Positions 49,007-61,396 of a DNA stretch of 64,000 nt are shown here, in pieces (positions within the stretch are counted from its first letter, which is position 1; each line of letters starts with the position of its first letter). Location of the stretch: assembly GCF_018350175.1 (NCBI RefSeq), contig NC_058368.1, forward strand, positions 125,986,001 to 126,050,000. Direction: 5' to 3'. The DNA is from Felis catus (Eukaryota). Below the pieces are notes generated by a model. That model made no database searches. It was given only the letters and a program-made list of their open reading frames with translations, and was not told where the DNA came from. The translations under genes were made by a program, and so were the position numbers.

Positions 49007-49218
49007 TTTTTTTAATGTTTGTTTATTTTTGAAGGAGAGAGAGAGACAGAGTGTGAGTGGGGGAGGGGCAGAGAGAGAGGGAGACACAGAATCCGAAGCA
49101 CGCTCCAGGCTCTGAGCTGTTAGCACAGAGCCCGAAGCAGGGCTCGAGCTCACAAACTGCGAGATCATGACCTGAGCCGAAGTCGGATGCTTAACCGACT
49201 GAGCCACCCAGGAGCCCC
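49007..49218 (-). mobile_element. Felid Can-SINE
   Basis: TSD TGTTGTCCTTTTTT at 48993-49006 and 49219-49232. Confidence 0.96.
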
Positions 49219-50515
49219 TGTTGTCCTTTTTTAGTGCCTGCTAATACCGTGGCTAGTGGCTGTGTGGCTTGACTATCATGATCTAGCCATTTCTGTCCTT
49301 AATGACTTCCCAGACTAGGCTAGGCATGTAGTTAATACAGCTGCTGGATTTCACTCCAGGAAGGGGGTACATTTTAGGGGAGAGTGAAGTGAGACTCATG
49401 TCTAATTTGTTGAATGGGTTGTAAACAGCTTTGGCTATTTCAGGATGAAAGACTGCATTTAAAGGTAAGATATTATTATAAAGAGTGGCAATAATAGTAA
49501 TAACAGTAATTAGTGTTCCAATAAAATACAAACAAAGGAAATGAGTACATGTGTCTTTAACAGTCTGAGGTTAACACAACAAACCATACAAAATAACTAA
49601 GCTTTTTATTACTCTGTCAGAATTTATCATGTCTTGCTCTTGTCTTTGCAGGAGGGTATGTGAAACCTGCCATAAATGAAAAGGGAATATAAAAAAAATA
49701 ATAACCAAATGGTTCCTGTATTCCTTCAATATATTTAAATCTGACTTTAGCATTTACTAAAAAGAAGTAACACTTTGGTTGGTGATGCTGTGTAAACCTG
49801 CATGCTGTCAACTGCTAAATTAAAAAAAAAAGCACTTCCTCTCTTCTAGCCATTTCTTCCTCTCCTTAGAGAAGAAAAAGCAGAGTGTGGAGGGTGAGTG
49901 TGCTAGGTTCCAGAGGATTCTCTGGGATTCTCTGGGATTGTAGCTGATCATCCTCTCTTTCAGTTGCTTCTCATTACTCATTAATGTGAGATCTGGAAAA
50001 CTCTGGTTCACTTGGGTGAACAGGGAACTAGAAAAGAGCTTTTAATTCCAGAGGTGGGTTCAGAAGGCAGTGGAATAACCCAGGTGTGGATATTCCCTAA
50101 GGCAGAAACTGCCCTATGGAAACAATCTCAAAAGATGATACAGATAAGCTAATCAAAACAATGTGTGTCTATCCTAAATTAAGGGGCCCTTCCAACGCCC
50201 AAGTTTCCTTCCTCTGACACATAAGTATTTGAGTGCATGTGTGTGAGTGTGTCTGTGTGTGTGTGTTATTTCTATCATCCACATTACCACATACTCTAAT
50301 GGACATTACCAACAGGAAATGCAGAGTGTGCCTGGAGGTGATGGTCCTGGCTTTAGAGCAAACCTCTGGGAAACAGGAACCTCTTCCAGGAAGGAGGGGG
50401 CTGGGAAGCACCCTGCTGCTTTATTATTCTGTTTGTAAAGAGCTGTCCTTGAAACATCTAAGGGTTTGGGTTTTCTCCTGGGAGGAAAAAGTAGTATTTA
50501 GACAAAGCAATTCTT

Positions 50516-50749
50516 AGATATATATTTATATATATAATGTACATAAAAATATGTGTGTGTGTTGTGTGTGTGTGTGTGTGTATTTAATGTTTATTTATTT
50601 TTGAGAGAGAGAGAGAGAGAAAGAGAATCTGAATCAGGCTCCATGCTGTCAGTGCAGAGCCTGACCACCTAGGGCTTTAACCCATGGGCAGTGAGATCAT
50701 GACCTGGGCTGAAGTCAGACGTTCAACCAAATGAGACACCCAGGTGCCC
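50516..50749 (-). mobile_element. Can-SINE with a microsatellite-converted tail
   Basis: TSD TAGACAAAGCAATTCTT (50499-50515) / TAGAGAAAGCAAATCTT (50750-50766); (TA)n(TG)n lies within the TSDs. Confidence 0.9.
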
Positions 50750-51189
50750 TAGAGAAAGCAAATCTTGATTCATGGTATAATATTGCTCTGGAAAGGAATT
50801 AGAAATTATTTTCTTCTCATAGATGTATGTTTTGGCTCACACTAAATGTATATATAAAGCAATAAGGTGGAACTGCTGTGTTCATTTTGATGGGGATTTT
50901 CCCTCTGCATTAGATGGGTGCTCCTATGTGTTAAACAGAGCTGTGAGTTGAAGGGAATTCTCTACCAAAAGAATAGAGATAAGTATATCTATAATGTCTA
51001 CGAATTCAATTATTCATGCAGCTTACTTACTGAATCCTTAATAAAAGTTCAAAACCAAATAGGTCTGCGTAATTCTAAACCATATCTTATTTGAACTCTG
51101 CTAAAACTATGTTAGTGATACCTATGACATTCAAAGTTACAATCTATGAACAAAGTAGAAAATTTGTGACTAGTATTTTTGAGTAGTTG

Positions 51190-51750
51190 CTATGTTACTA
51201 TCACTCTTATGTCCCCTTACATATATCATTTCATTGATCCTCATTTGATAGTAATGCCCATTATTATCCTGTTGTAGAGAGGAAGAACTAAGGCTTAGAA
51301 AGGTTGTATCAGTTGGCTCGGGCTGCCATAACAAAGTGCCACAGACTGGTGACTTAAACAAGAGTTTCTCAGTGTCTCAAGGTCTGGAAGCTTAAGTCTG
51401 AGATCAAGGTGTCAGCAGGACCAGTTTCTTCTGGGGACTCTCTCCTTGGCTTGTAGATGGTCATCTTGTCCCTGGGTCTTCACATTGCCTTCCCTCTGTA
51501 TGTGCTTATGTCCAAATTTCCTCTCCTTACTGGAGTGGGGTCTGCCCTAATGACCTCATTTTTGCTTTTGCTATTTTAAAGACCATCTCTCCAAGTATAG
51601 TCCCATTCTGAGGTACTGGAAATTTGGGCTTCAACATTCAAATTTGAATTTAGGTGGGGGTGGAGGGACCACAGTTTAGCTCTTAACAGAGGTTAAAATA
51701 AGTTTCTCAAGATCACATAATGAGTAAGTCATTCAACCAGGGTGTGAATT
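51190..51750 (-). mobile_element. MIR split by an MLT1 LTR
   Basis: ATTATCCTGTTGTAGAGAGGAAGAACTAAGGCTTAGAAAGGT | LTR | GAGGTTAAAATAAGTTTCTCAAGATCACA. Confidence 0.7.
51305..51688 (-). mobile_element. MaLR solo LTR (MLT1A/B-like)
   Basis: TG..CA ends; GGGCTGCCATAACAAAGTGCCACAGACTGG, GATCAAGGTGTCAGCAGG, CCCTAATGACCTCATT; 5-bp TSD AAGGT/GAGGT. Confidence 0.88.
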
Positions 51751-51827
51751 TCCTCATGCCCTCTTTGTTAGCCTTAGGCCTTAGGATAACTTTACATAGT
51801 AGTGCTTCTCTTATTTCCCTAGCCAGT

Positions 51828-53160
51828 GTCATTACTGAATATCTACTATATACCAGACTGTGCTGAGGGCAGCACAGTGATCAAGATTACCAAACTCCTT
51901 CTCCTTTTTTTTTTTTAATATATGAAATTTATTGTCAAATTGGTTTCTATACAACACCCAGTGCTCATCCCAAAAGATGCCCTCTTCAATACCCATCACC
52001 TACCTCCCCCCACCCCCCATAAACCCTCAGTTCTCAGTTTTTAAGAGTCTCTTATGCTTTGGCTCTCTCCCACTCTAACCTCCTTTTTTTTTCCCCCTCC
52101 CCCTCCCCCATGGGTTCCTGTTAAGTTTCTCAGGATCCACACAAGAGTGAAACCATATGGTATCTGTCTTTCTCTGTATGGCTTATTTCACTTAGCATCA
52201 CACTCCCCAGGTCTATCCACGTTGCTACAAAGGGCCACATTTCATTCTTTCTCATTGCCACGTAGTACTCCATTGTGTATATAAACCACAATTTCTTTAT
52301 CCATTCATCAGTTGATGGACATTTAGGCTCTTTCCATAATTTGGCTATTGTTGAGAATGCTGCTATAAACATTGGGGCACAAGTGCCCCTATGCATCAGT
52401 ACTCCTGTATCCCTTGGGTAAATACCTAGCAGTGCTGTTGCTGGGTCATAAGGTAGGTCTATTTTTAATTTTTTGAGGAACCTCCACACTGTTTTCCAGA
52501 GTGGCTGCACCAGTTTGCATTCCCACCAACAGTGCAAGAGGGTTTCCGTTTCTCCACATCCTCTCCAGCATCTATAGTCTCCTGATTTGTTCATTTTGGC
52601 CACCCTGACTGGCGTGAGGTGATATCTGAGTGTGGTTTTGATCTGAATTTCTCTGATGAGGAGCGACGTTGAGCATCTTTTCATGTGCCTGTTGGCCATC
52701 TGGATGTCTTCTTTAGAGAAGTCTCTATTCATGTTTTCTGACCATCTGTTCACTGGATTATTTGTTTTTTGGGTGTGGAGTTTGGTGAGTTCTTTATAGA
52801 TTTTGGATACTAGTCCTTTGTCCAATATGTCATTTGCAGATATCTCTTCCCATTCCGTTGGTTGCCTTTTAGTTTTGTTGATTGTTTCCTTTGCTGTACA
52901 GAAGCCCAAACTCCCTCTCCTGATGAAGCCTGCCTTGTCTCGGAAGAGACGAAGCAAATGAAAAACAAAACACACAAGGAAATTATGCAAATGTAATAAT
53001 AATAAGTACCATAAAGGAAATAAACAGGACCATGGGATAAAACATAACCCAGTGAGGGAGTCGGAGACTACTCTTGAGAGGAAGGTCACAAAGTATTCTC
53101 TAAGAAGCTGATTTTTGGAATGAGACCTGAAGCAGAAGACATGAGCCCTGCAGAAGGTAG
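51828..53160 (-). mobile_element. L2 fragment split by a felid L1
   Basis: TTACTGAATATCTACTATATACCAGACTGTGCTG.. before the L1; ..GGAAGGTCAC..GAATGAGACCTGAAG after it. Confidence 0.6.
51906..52905 (-). mobile_element. 5'-truncated felid LINE-1 (1.0 kb)
   Basis: TSD CCAAACTCC(T/C)TCTCCT at 51890-51905 and 52906-52921; poly-T; open ORF2 C-terminus with CWRGCGE..HCWWEC knuckle. Confidence 0.96.
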
Positions 53161-53964
53161 AGATCTGTTTCTGTGTAAATCACTTCTCAGAGCTGCTCAG
53201 CATGAGTGTTAGCATAGAAACGTGTCTCTGCAAAGTAGAGAACACGTGGGTATCCAAGAAGAAGACACTGGGAATCCCTGTGTGGAAGAGGGGGAGGCAG
53301 AAGCCAAGGGCTCTGTCTCAGCTTCAGCACCTCCTAGCTGTCCCACCTGGAAGTCACTCTCCAGCTGAGCCTCCACTTCCTGGAACAGGAAGCAGGAATA
53401 TCAATAACACACAGCACTCATCTTGCCTCAGACCAAAGCTTGTCTCGGTGCATGTGAGATAATAGCCATGACAGCGTTTTTGAGATTGAACGGTTCTATG
53501 CAAATAAGTGCAGTCACGGAGTAGACCTGCAGCCATTGTCCTAACATGTAGCTTTACCTGTATAATTTTTCCTCCAACTTGTACCTAATTGTAATCCCCA
53601 ATCAAAGCCTCCTACTTTATAAAGTGATTAAACTCATTTTCCACAGCAAAATATACAAGAAGCTAAGTAGGTCATCGCCCTTCATTCGTTAAACACTCAG
53701 AGTGAATTATTTGTTTTTTTTGTTGATAGACTTGCAGAGCATAATGCGTTCCATCTGAGAACTGACCAGGCATGACCAGGCATACCCTGGTGGGACGGCA
53801 GTGTCTAGCCATAGCTTTGTTTACAGGAGGGTGCACAGGGCTGTGTGGGAAAAGTGTCAGTGGATAATTCTCTGTTGATTTCCACTTTTCATAACTAGGA
53901 CTTCCTGAGGTACATAGAAATAGTTCTCATCTCTTGGCAACTGACACACTCTACTATAATGGGG

Positions 53965-54053
53965 AAACTCCAGAACCTGAGAAAATTAAATTCTGTTGTT
54001 GAGGTCACCCAGTTTGTGGTAATTTGTTACAACAGCCCAAGCAGGCTGATCCA
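53965..54053 (+). mobile_element. MLT1 LTR 3' fragment
   Basis: CCAGAACCTGAGAAAATTAAATTCTGTTGTTGAGGTCACCCAGTTTGTGGTAATTTGTTACAACAGCCC. Confidence 0.75.
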
Positions 54054-54449
54054 ACCTCCCTAAGCCTTATTTCATCATAGGAAACATATAATCATCATAT
54101 AAAACAGGGATAATATTGGGCACAGCCGTTAAATGAGGATTGATGAGATAATATATATAAAGGGAGAAAATGTAGGGATGGTAAGGTAGAAATTCCTAAA
54201 AATAGTGGCTACAGATTTTCTACTTTCTTTCTAGAATGTAACTCCATCATGTATCATCATTGTCAGCATGATAATCTTACTGGAAATAAGAATTGTTTTA
54301 GAATTATGAATACTTAGATAATTTAAAGTAACACCATCACCACCTTTATTAAACATGAAGTACATGTCTCATGGAGGGGAGAGAGCAGCAGCCACACAAC
54401 TTCAGGCTCAGTCCAGCCTCCCTGCCTCTGGGCTCACTGTTCCTCTTAA

Positions 54450-54795
54450 ATGGGATGTCTTTTTTTGCAGGTCTTTGCATCATTGGCTTCTTCCCACTAT
54501 TCCCTTTCCACCTCAAACATGACTCATCAAGAAAAGACTTCTCTGACCACCTGGTTTACCTCCTTGATCTAAATTACTTTCTACCAGTTTGCCTTCCTCT
54601 GTTGTCTTCACAGCACTCAGCCCTCTAAATGTCTCAAATATTTATTCATTTACTTCTTAGTGTCTGTTTTACCCCATGACACAACCAAACCCTATGAGAA
54701 CAGGGACCCTAATGCATTAATCACTGTCTCCCAGTGCTTGGATCAAAATAGTTGGTCACTAAATAGTCAATGAATCAAGGAAAGGATGAATCAAT
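54450..54795 (+). mobile_element. L2 3' fragment
   Basis: CAGGTCTTTGCA..ACTTCTCTGACCACC..ATGAGAACAGGGACC..CCCAGTGC..AAATAGTCAATGAATCAAGGAAAGGATGAAT. Confidence 0.75.
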
Positions 54796-55009
54796 GGGCA
54801 AACTATTTCAGATAAAGCTGAGTCCTGGAGAAGGGGTTGATTCTCTGAACAGTACAACATTACTTGAATTATATTCTGTGCTTGGGCTCCAGGGACATGG
54901 TTCCCTGGGGAAGAGAGATACTGAGGTATAGACAGGAGAGTAGATAACAGATCAGGTGGGCGTGTGTTCACGACCCCAATTTGGCCCTATTTGGGTACAC
55001 TCCATTGAG

Positions 55010-55145
55010 GATGTCACTCAACCTCTACAAGCCTCACTCTCCCATAAAAGACTGGAAATACTACCTCAGTGCAGAAATGTTGAAAAGATTAAATGATGCA
55101 ATGTTTTCAAAGCTCATGACAAACAGAAGATCAATAAGTGGTATT
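55010..55145 (+). mobile_element. MIR fragment
   Basis: CACTCAACCTCTACAAGCCTCAC..GTTGAAAAGATTAAATGA..TCAATAAGTGGTA. Confidence 0.55.
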
Positions 55146-56719
55146 GATTCTTTTTAATAAAGAAAAGAAAAAGGCAAGCCACTCTTTTGACCTAGTAAAA
55201 GGAGTTTCAGGCAAGTGTAAAGAACTAAAAGCCACACTGACAGTTAAGTGCAAAGAGCTAGTAGATCCTACACCAGGTGGAAAGTGTAGATTAGATTTCT
55301 AATTGCCTGGCCCTGAGGATCCTCCTTGGTTCTACTGGCCTCCCTTAAACCACAGTGAATCCTAAACCTTCTGGCCACCATGAATTCTTTTATCAGCAGG
55401 AACATCTTTGCACTAATAAAAAACCCCAATTTTAAGAAGAAAATTATTGAAATAGTTTAATATTTAATTACCTAATATTACTGTCAGGAGAAGAGAGCTT
55501 AAAAGAGCCCAGAGGTGTATTTCAGCAGCATCTGTCACCTTCAGTGTCAAGTTGCATTGACATTCTTCACCTGTAACTTACGGAGGGAGAGAGGACTCAC
55601 AATGCACCTTGTGTTGATTGATGCTGATTTCAGCGGGCTCCCCCGGGGGTAGCAGCCACATGAAGGATGTGTGCAGGAAGTGAACAGGTATACCTCATGC
55701 TTTGTTCTTATGACATGTTTGCTGAGTGGTGACAAGTCCTCATTTCCCCATGAGTGGCCGCCTAGTCCTTTCTCAGACTTCTGAATCATGAAAGGCTTGG
55801 GGCCATTTTCCCAGCAGGGCCAGTCACTCAGGAAAGACAGAGTACATGAGGCTCCTCTTCCCATGGCCTCATCCTTTCCTAAACAACCCAAGGAAAAATG
55901 CCAGGAGCCAAGTGGATAAGAGTAAATGTTGAAGGGGGGCAGGAGGGTGGCGGGGAGAGTAGGATATTCCTTAGAGCTGAGTGCACACCAGTAGAATGAT
56001 TAGTATAGTTCTTGAATTTCATTCTCAAACCCTCTCAGTCTTTGCCCTGCTTTGTCCTTTTAAAAAAAGGAGCCTGATACTTTACTCTCTGAAAAGAGGT
56101 TGCTGGTATCTGCTGGTGAGCTGTGGGATCCCCATCTTCAGGAAACTTCCACTTTCTTCCTTACCCTTTACCCCCTTGCCCCGGTAGGGATTGTATAGAG
56201 TCTGACTAATGATACATTTTTTTTTTTTCTGTAGAGCACTTGAGTAAGAACAGGAAAAAAAAAAAGTTGATTTTCCATCTTCCTCTGAAAGCAAAGGGAT
56301 TTGAATCAAAAATATCTGTGTCCTCCATCCAACATTCCAAGTCCTGCATCATTCTGCCCAAGGATCACTTCCAACTGAATGTGCTCTTTGTCTTCCATCT
56401 TGTGTCTAATCTTTTGAGAGCAAATTTTAAAATATCACTTCCTCTTCTTAAACCACTCACTCACTACCCATTGTCCTTCACATGAAGGTAAACAAAAAAA
56501 AACCTGGATAACAAGTTTCCTTTTAATCTAGGCCCATGTACTTCCTTTTATACCCTAACCACAGAACTGCCTCTGGTTTCTGTTTTGGGCCTTTGCAGAT
56601 GCCGCTAACATTTAACAGTGATTCTGAATTGTGCAAAGTCTTCTCAGATACCACGTACTAGACAAGACTGCTTGGAGATCTCTGGGCTTTCCCAAGTGAA
56701 AGCTTTCCAGGCAACTTTA

Positions 56720-56749
56720 CTTTTATTATTTTTGTTAATGTTTATTATT

Positions 56750-56785
<36 letters not shown>

Positions 56786-56955
56786 CAAACACAATTGGGG
56801 AGGGGCAGAGAGGGAGGGAGACACAGAATCTGAAGCACATTCCAGGATCTGAGATGTCAGCACAGGGCCAAATGTGCGGCTCAAACCCATGAACCATGTG
56901 ATCATGACCTGAGCCAACTCAGATGCTTAACCTACGGAGCCACCCAGGTGCCCCC
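56720..56955 (-). mobile_element. Felid Can-SINE with expanded (GA)n
   Basis: Reverse head GAGCCACCCAGGTGCCCC, (GA)n, T tail. Confidence 0.93.
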
Positions 56956-56999
56956 ATCCAGTGACTTCAAAACCCAGCCAGTATTCTTGGCCACCAGTC

Positions 57000-57170
57000 C
57001 AGATTCTCAGCTTTGGCTGCATATCAAAGTCTTTTGGGGAAATTTAAAATCCCCTGTACTCAGACTCATTACATCAGAATCTCCATACATGGACCTCAGG
57101 TACCAGTTGCTTTTTTATTTTTATTTTTTTTGGAGCTCCCCAGGTATATGCAGTTTTGGAAAGTGCTAGC
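57000..57170. mobile_element. MER5-like MITE (degenerate)
   Basis: ATTCTCAGCTTTGGCTGCATATCA..ATCAGAATCTCC..AGCTCCCCAGGT. Confidence 0.55.
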
Positions 57171-58049
57171 TTTGAGGGCTCTTCACTACAATTTCTTGAT
57201 AACTTACATTCCTCTAGGTCTCAGCGTAGATGGAACCTTCTGAGAGGCCTTCCCTGAATCAGATGCTTCTCCTGAGTATTAACATAATGAATCCCTTGTG
57301 CAATGGCCCCTCTGCAGAACTCCCTATTGATTCATCTGTTTTCTCATCATTCAGTGAGCCCCTCGAGGGCAAGGACCATGTAGAGCACTCAGCATCTAGG
57401 GCAGGGCCTGTCATAGTAAGCATGCAGCCCTGAGCAGTGTGTCCTCTGTGCTGGGCCCTGTGGTTGGAGGACCAAAGTGTTTCTGTCCTCATGGTGTTTC
57501 CATTGCTATCTCAAGATACTCCATTTTCTCATCCTTTCTAAAGACAAAATGTAGCAGCAATCTTCCAATTCATTTTTCTGCCCCAGAAGGATGGTACAAA
57601 TGTCTAAGAGACAGAACATAGCCTTGCCTTGCTCCTACTTTTACAGAAAGAGCCTCCAATAGAAGGAATTTATATGAGAAATATTTTCTAGTCCTAAGAA
57701 CACTGTTCTCATCCTGTTAAATCTCCAAATGAAATACCAGAAAGTGGGAACATCAGTAGGAATAACACAACAAGGTTAATTTTTAGAACATATTCTGGAC
57801 ACACCCATTTCAATTTAAGTCAACAGTTTGAAAAGAAGCAGGCTTCATCCAGAAGGTTCTAAATGCCACCTATTGCAGCAACAGCTGAATTAAGGAGACA
57901 CTGTTGGAGTCACTGATGTGAATGTATATGAAAATGTAAGGATTGCCACGGCAAGAAGATACTGAATTTACAAGTCTAATAGGAATTGTCCATGTGTCCT
58001 TACTTTTAATCCCTGCAAGAAAATAATTATTTTCAGGAATTACAGGATC

Positions 58050-58265
58050 ACACAGTGGGCCTGTATTCAAGTCTTACCTTTTCCACCAGCTTTGTGAACT
58101 TGGACAAATTACTTCGCCTCTCTGAACCTCAGTCTTCTGGTTTGTTAAATGTGGACAACCATGTTATCCACCTCACAGGGTTGTTGTGATGATTAAATGA
58201 GATTGTGCTTGTGAAGCATAACTTAGTGTCTGGTCTATAGTGATTTAATAGTAAACATCTGCTGT
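58050..58265 (+). mobile_element. MIR SINE
   Basis: CAGCTTTGTGAACTTGGACAAATTACTTCGCCTCTCTGAACCTCAGT..CCTCACAGGGTTGTTGTGATGATTAAATGAG. Confidence 0.88.
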
Positions 58266-60468
58266 TGTTAAATTCTCTAGTCAAAAGTGGGAAAGCCTAG
58301 GAATAAACTGCTTTCAGTGCTAACTGAGCTATGATAAAGACCCAGGATTTCATTGGAGACCATGCCCTCACATCCATGGTGATGCATGCTCAGATTGAAG
58401 GATCACTGAATCATAAGTTGCCCAAGCTTTACTGCCATTCCTCACTACAATGCAGCCCCAGATTTTAATCATCACCCATTTAAAGGACTTTGCATGAACT
58501 CCCAATCGTAGTTTTCATTTCCTATATGGCTTCATTGCTTTTACTTTCCTTCCCTCCTTATATCTGAAGGTACAAGAGAAAAACTCTGGAGATGTCTTGT
58601 CACTCTTAAATATTAGATCCAAAGACTTTCTGGTTCCATCCGTTTCTTATTAACAGATCACTATCCTAGTACTACCAGTATAGCTGGATCTCCCTTAGAT
58701 TCATATTTATGATACTATTTTTTAAGTAAATGGAAATGGATAATAAATCAGTAATTATTATGAGATATACAAAGCTCTTCAGAAGAGAAATATTAGGGTC
58801 TGTTATGATTTTTTAAATTATCTTCAGCTTTCTGGTTAGAAAGTTATTTTATATAATTTTGGATGGTGCTACTGTAGCTATTGAAGTTGAAAGTGTTGGG
58901 GGAAATGTTATTTTGGAGAAAAAATTGGGTGGAATGTGTGTGGGGAGGAGAGAGGACAGTGTGTGTTTGGAGGGGAAGAGCTGTGTGTCTGTGTTGGGTG
59001 GGGGGCAACTCCTAATTTTCTGAGTCAGGAAATCCATATGAAAATGGATGAGATAATGAATAATTGTTATATCAAGAATTTCCTAAAGCCAAAATCCATG
59101 GGTGGCAGTATTAACTCAGGTCTAATAAATTCATAATTCTCCCAAAGGATCTGAAAACTAGACATAAAATGTCAACTTTTTTTTAATTTTTTCTTAAGAC
59201 CTCTTAATGCTGTGTTGGTAAGATCTTTGTGAGGCAAGTTACTTTACCTCCGCTAAACAAAATGATCTCTCCAAATATTCACCATATGTGAATAGTTCTC
59301 TATCCAGGCTGGCCTAGCTATTACTGTGACAATCCTTGCTGAGAACTCTGCTGCCTGAAATAAAGTATTCAGCCTGAAGTCCAAGTACTCAGGAACAAGA
59401 TGCTGTAGAAGAGGACCACATGTTGGACAACATTTTCACAAGTCTGCTGCTTGCATCAGTGTTTGTAGATCTGGAACCATGCACACGTGATGATATTCAC
59501 CCTGGCATCCACCAACAGCTCTCTCACTCTGGCCAGTTCACCACTAGTGGGAAGATATTGAAGTTTTCTGTGAGCATGTGCAATGTACCACTGAAGACGA
59601 AAACACTGGCCTGATTCCAGAACAGATTCAAAACCATGTTGACCACTGCACAGATCTTGAGGCTTCTCTGTTTGCCACAGCTTTGGGGGAGACACCAGCT
59701 CTGGTGTTAGATCCATGCCAATGGAATGTACATGGAATTTATCAAGAAGTCAAAGATGGAGTTTGGCTCCAGTATTGGAGCAAGAACCATCAGGTTTCCA
59801 CACTGTAGTCAAGCATATCTAAGTTCATCATTATTGCCAGTACGATGACCACCTGGAGCATTCTGGTTGTGCCTTCCTAGTAGTCAATGAGGCCATCCAC
59901 AGTGTCATGAAAATCTCATTGTTGAGATTCTCATCTACACAAATCCTCATTGCTTTAGCCACATTGTGTTCCCTTTCATTGCACTCTTGGACTTAATAGA
60001 GCCCATAATAATGACCCAACTCAATTAGTTCAACTTTCCCAGTCCCACTGGTCACATGAGATCCTATCACCTCTTCTAGGATAGCCTATCATTAGCAGTT
60101 CTCTTTGGTAGGGAGTTTGGGAGAATGCAGTCCTTGTCAGTAAATATATGGCTTACTGCCCTTCACTGTATATGTTTTTGGATTTATCAGCTAATGCCAC
60201 TATAAACTCAGCCTCATATCCAGTTGGCAGACTGGTGTTCCACTGATTCCAGTTTGGATACCAATGTTAGATTCTCAGATGGAAACCTTGTTGAAATACA
60301 ATGAAATGCAGGCATAGTAAGTTATCTTGTTGTTTTAATTGATGTCTAATCTCTTCTGGATCTCAAATTTAACTTAATATACTAAGGGGAACTTCGTTCA
60401 CTAGTAAGTAGAAGATGGATTAGAGGAAGACGGAGCTGCTGAGTCATGTGAGAACATAGCTATCCAAA

Positions 60469-61101
60469 TATTTTGGGCTGAATTGTGTGCCACCAGAATC
60501 ATATGTTAAAGTGCTTACACCTAGTACTCCTCAGGATGTGACTTTGTTTGGAGATAGGGTCTTTAAAGAAGTTATTATGGAGGCGCCTGGGTGGCTCAGT
60601 CGGTTGAGCGGCCGACTTTGGCTCAGGTCACGATCTCACGGTTTGTGAGTTCGAGCCCCACGTCGGGGTCTGTGTCGACAGCTCAGAGCCTGGAGCCTGC
60701 TTCTGGTTCTGTGTCTCCCTCTCTCTCTGCCCCTCCCCCATTCATGTTCTGTCTCTCCGTGTCTCAGAAATAAATAAACATTAAAAAAAATTTAAAAAGA
60801 AGTTATTATGGCTAAATGAGGTCAGATGGATGGGCACTAATTCAGTATGACTGATGTTCTTACGAGAAGAGAGATAGAGGGACACCAGGGATGTGCACAG
60901 GAAAAAGGCCATCATAACACCCAGTCAGAAGGTGGCCATTTGCAAGCCAATGAGAGAGACCCCCCCCCAAAAAAAAAAAATCTGCTGATGACTTAGTCTT
61001 GAAATTGTAGCCTCCAGAATTGTAAGAAAATAAATTTCTGTTTTTGTTTAATTCACCCAGTCTGTGGTATTTTGTTATGGCAGCCTTGGCAAATTGACAT
61101 A
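60469..61101 (+). mobile_element. MaLR solo LTR (MLT1A/B/C-like) containing a SINE
   Basis: GGGCTGAATTGTGTGCC..CATATGTTAAAGT..GGAGATAGGGTCTTTAAAGA..AATGAGGTCA..GCCTCCAGAATTGTAAGAAAATAAATTTCTG..TTTGTTATGGCAGCC. Confidence 0.88.
60581..60795 (+). mobile_element. Felid Can-SINE inside the MLT1 LTR
   Basis: Perfect TSD AAAGAAGTTATTATGG at 60565-60580 and 60796-60811. Confidence 0.97.
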
Positions 61102-61225
61102 TCTTGAGAAAAAATATGATGAAGTTAAAACATGTTGCTGAAGGGTTTTCCTTATTTCTATTCTATGAAACTATTGTGTCCCTTAGCTGTTAAAAAAAAG
61201 CATTTTTTACAACATTTAACTTGCA

Positions 61226-61396
61226 TTTTATTTTTTTCTTTTTAAAATTTATTTCTTATTTTTAATCATTTTTAATTAAGTTTTTAAATTTTAATTCCAG
61301 TATAGTTAACACATAGGGTTACTTAGTTTCAGGTGCGCAGTGTAGTGATTCAACAATTCTGTACATGACTCGGTGCTCATCATGCCAAGTTTACTC
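61226..61396 (-). mobile_element. Older carnivore L1 3' end (poly-T and 3'UTR)
   Basis: T-rich tail, then TTCCAGTATAGTTAACAC..TTAGTTTCAGGTG..AGTGATTCAACAATTC..GTGCTCATCA. Confidence 0.75.

Larger units (their letters stand above)
59284..61126 (+). pseudogene. TUBA: Ancient processed alpha-tubulin pseudogene, interrupted at ~60468-61101 by an MLT1 LTR
   Basis: Collinear decayed matches to alpha-tubulin: ACC-ATA-TGT-GAA (MRE start); VFVDLEP..DDIHPGIHQQLSH (VFVDLEP..DEVRTGTYRQLFH); VDHCTDL (ADQCTGL); QVST; LEHSGCAFLVVNEAIH (LEHSDCAFMVDNEAIY); SKYMAYC (GKYMACC); IQLADWCST (IQFVDWCPT); LDLKFNLI..KGNFVH**VEDGLEE (LDHKFDLM..KRAFVHWYVGEGMEE); LEKKYDEV (LEKDYEEV) after the LTR; no introns; many stops and frameshifts. 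Parent paralogue not identifiable. Confidence 0.92.

Noticed and set aside
59420..59808. ORFs 59420..59614 and 59578..59808 as a functional novel tubulin-like gene
   Set aside because: Start codon lost, many stops and frameshifts, GGGTGSG motif destroyed, and an LTR insertion; this is a pseudogene.
60461..61104. TATCC/TATCT as the TSD of the MLT1 LTR
   Set aside because: LTR ends are too decayed to place exactly, so the match cannot be confirmed.
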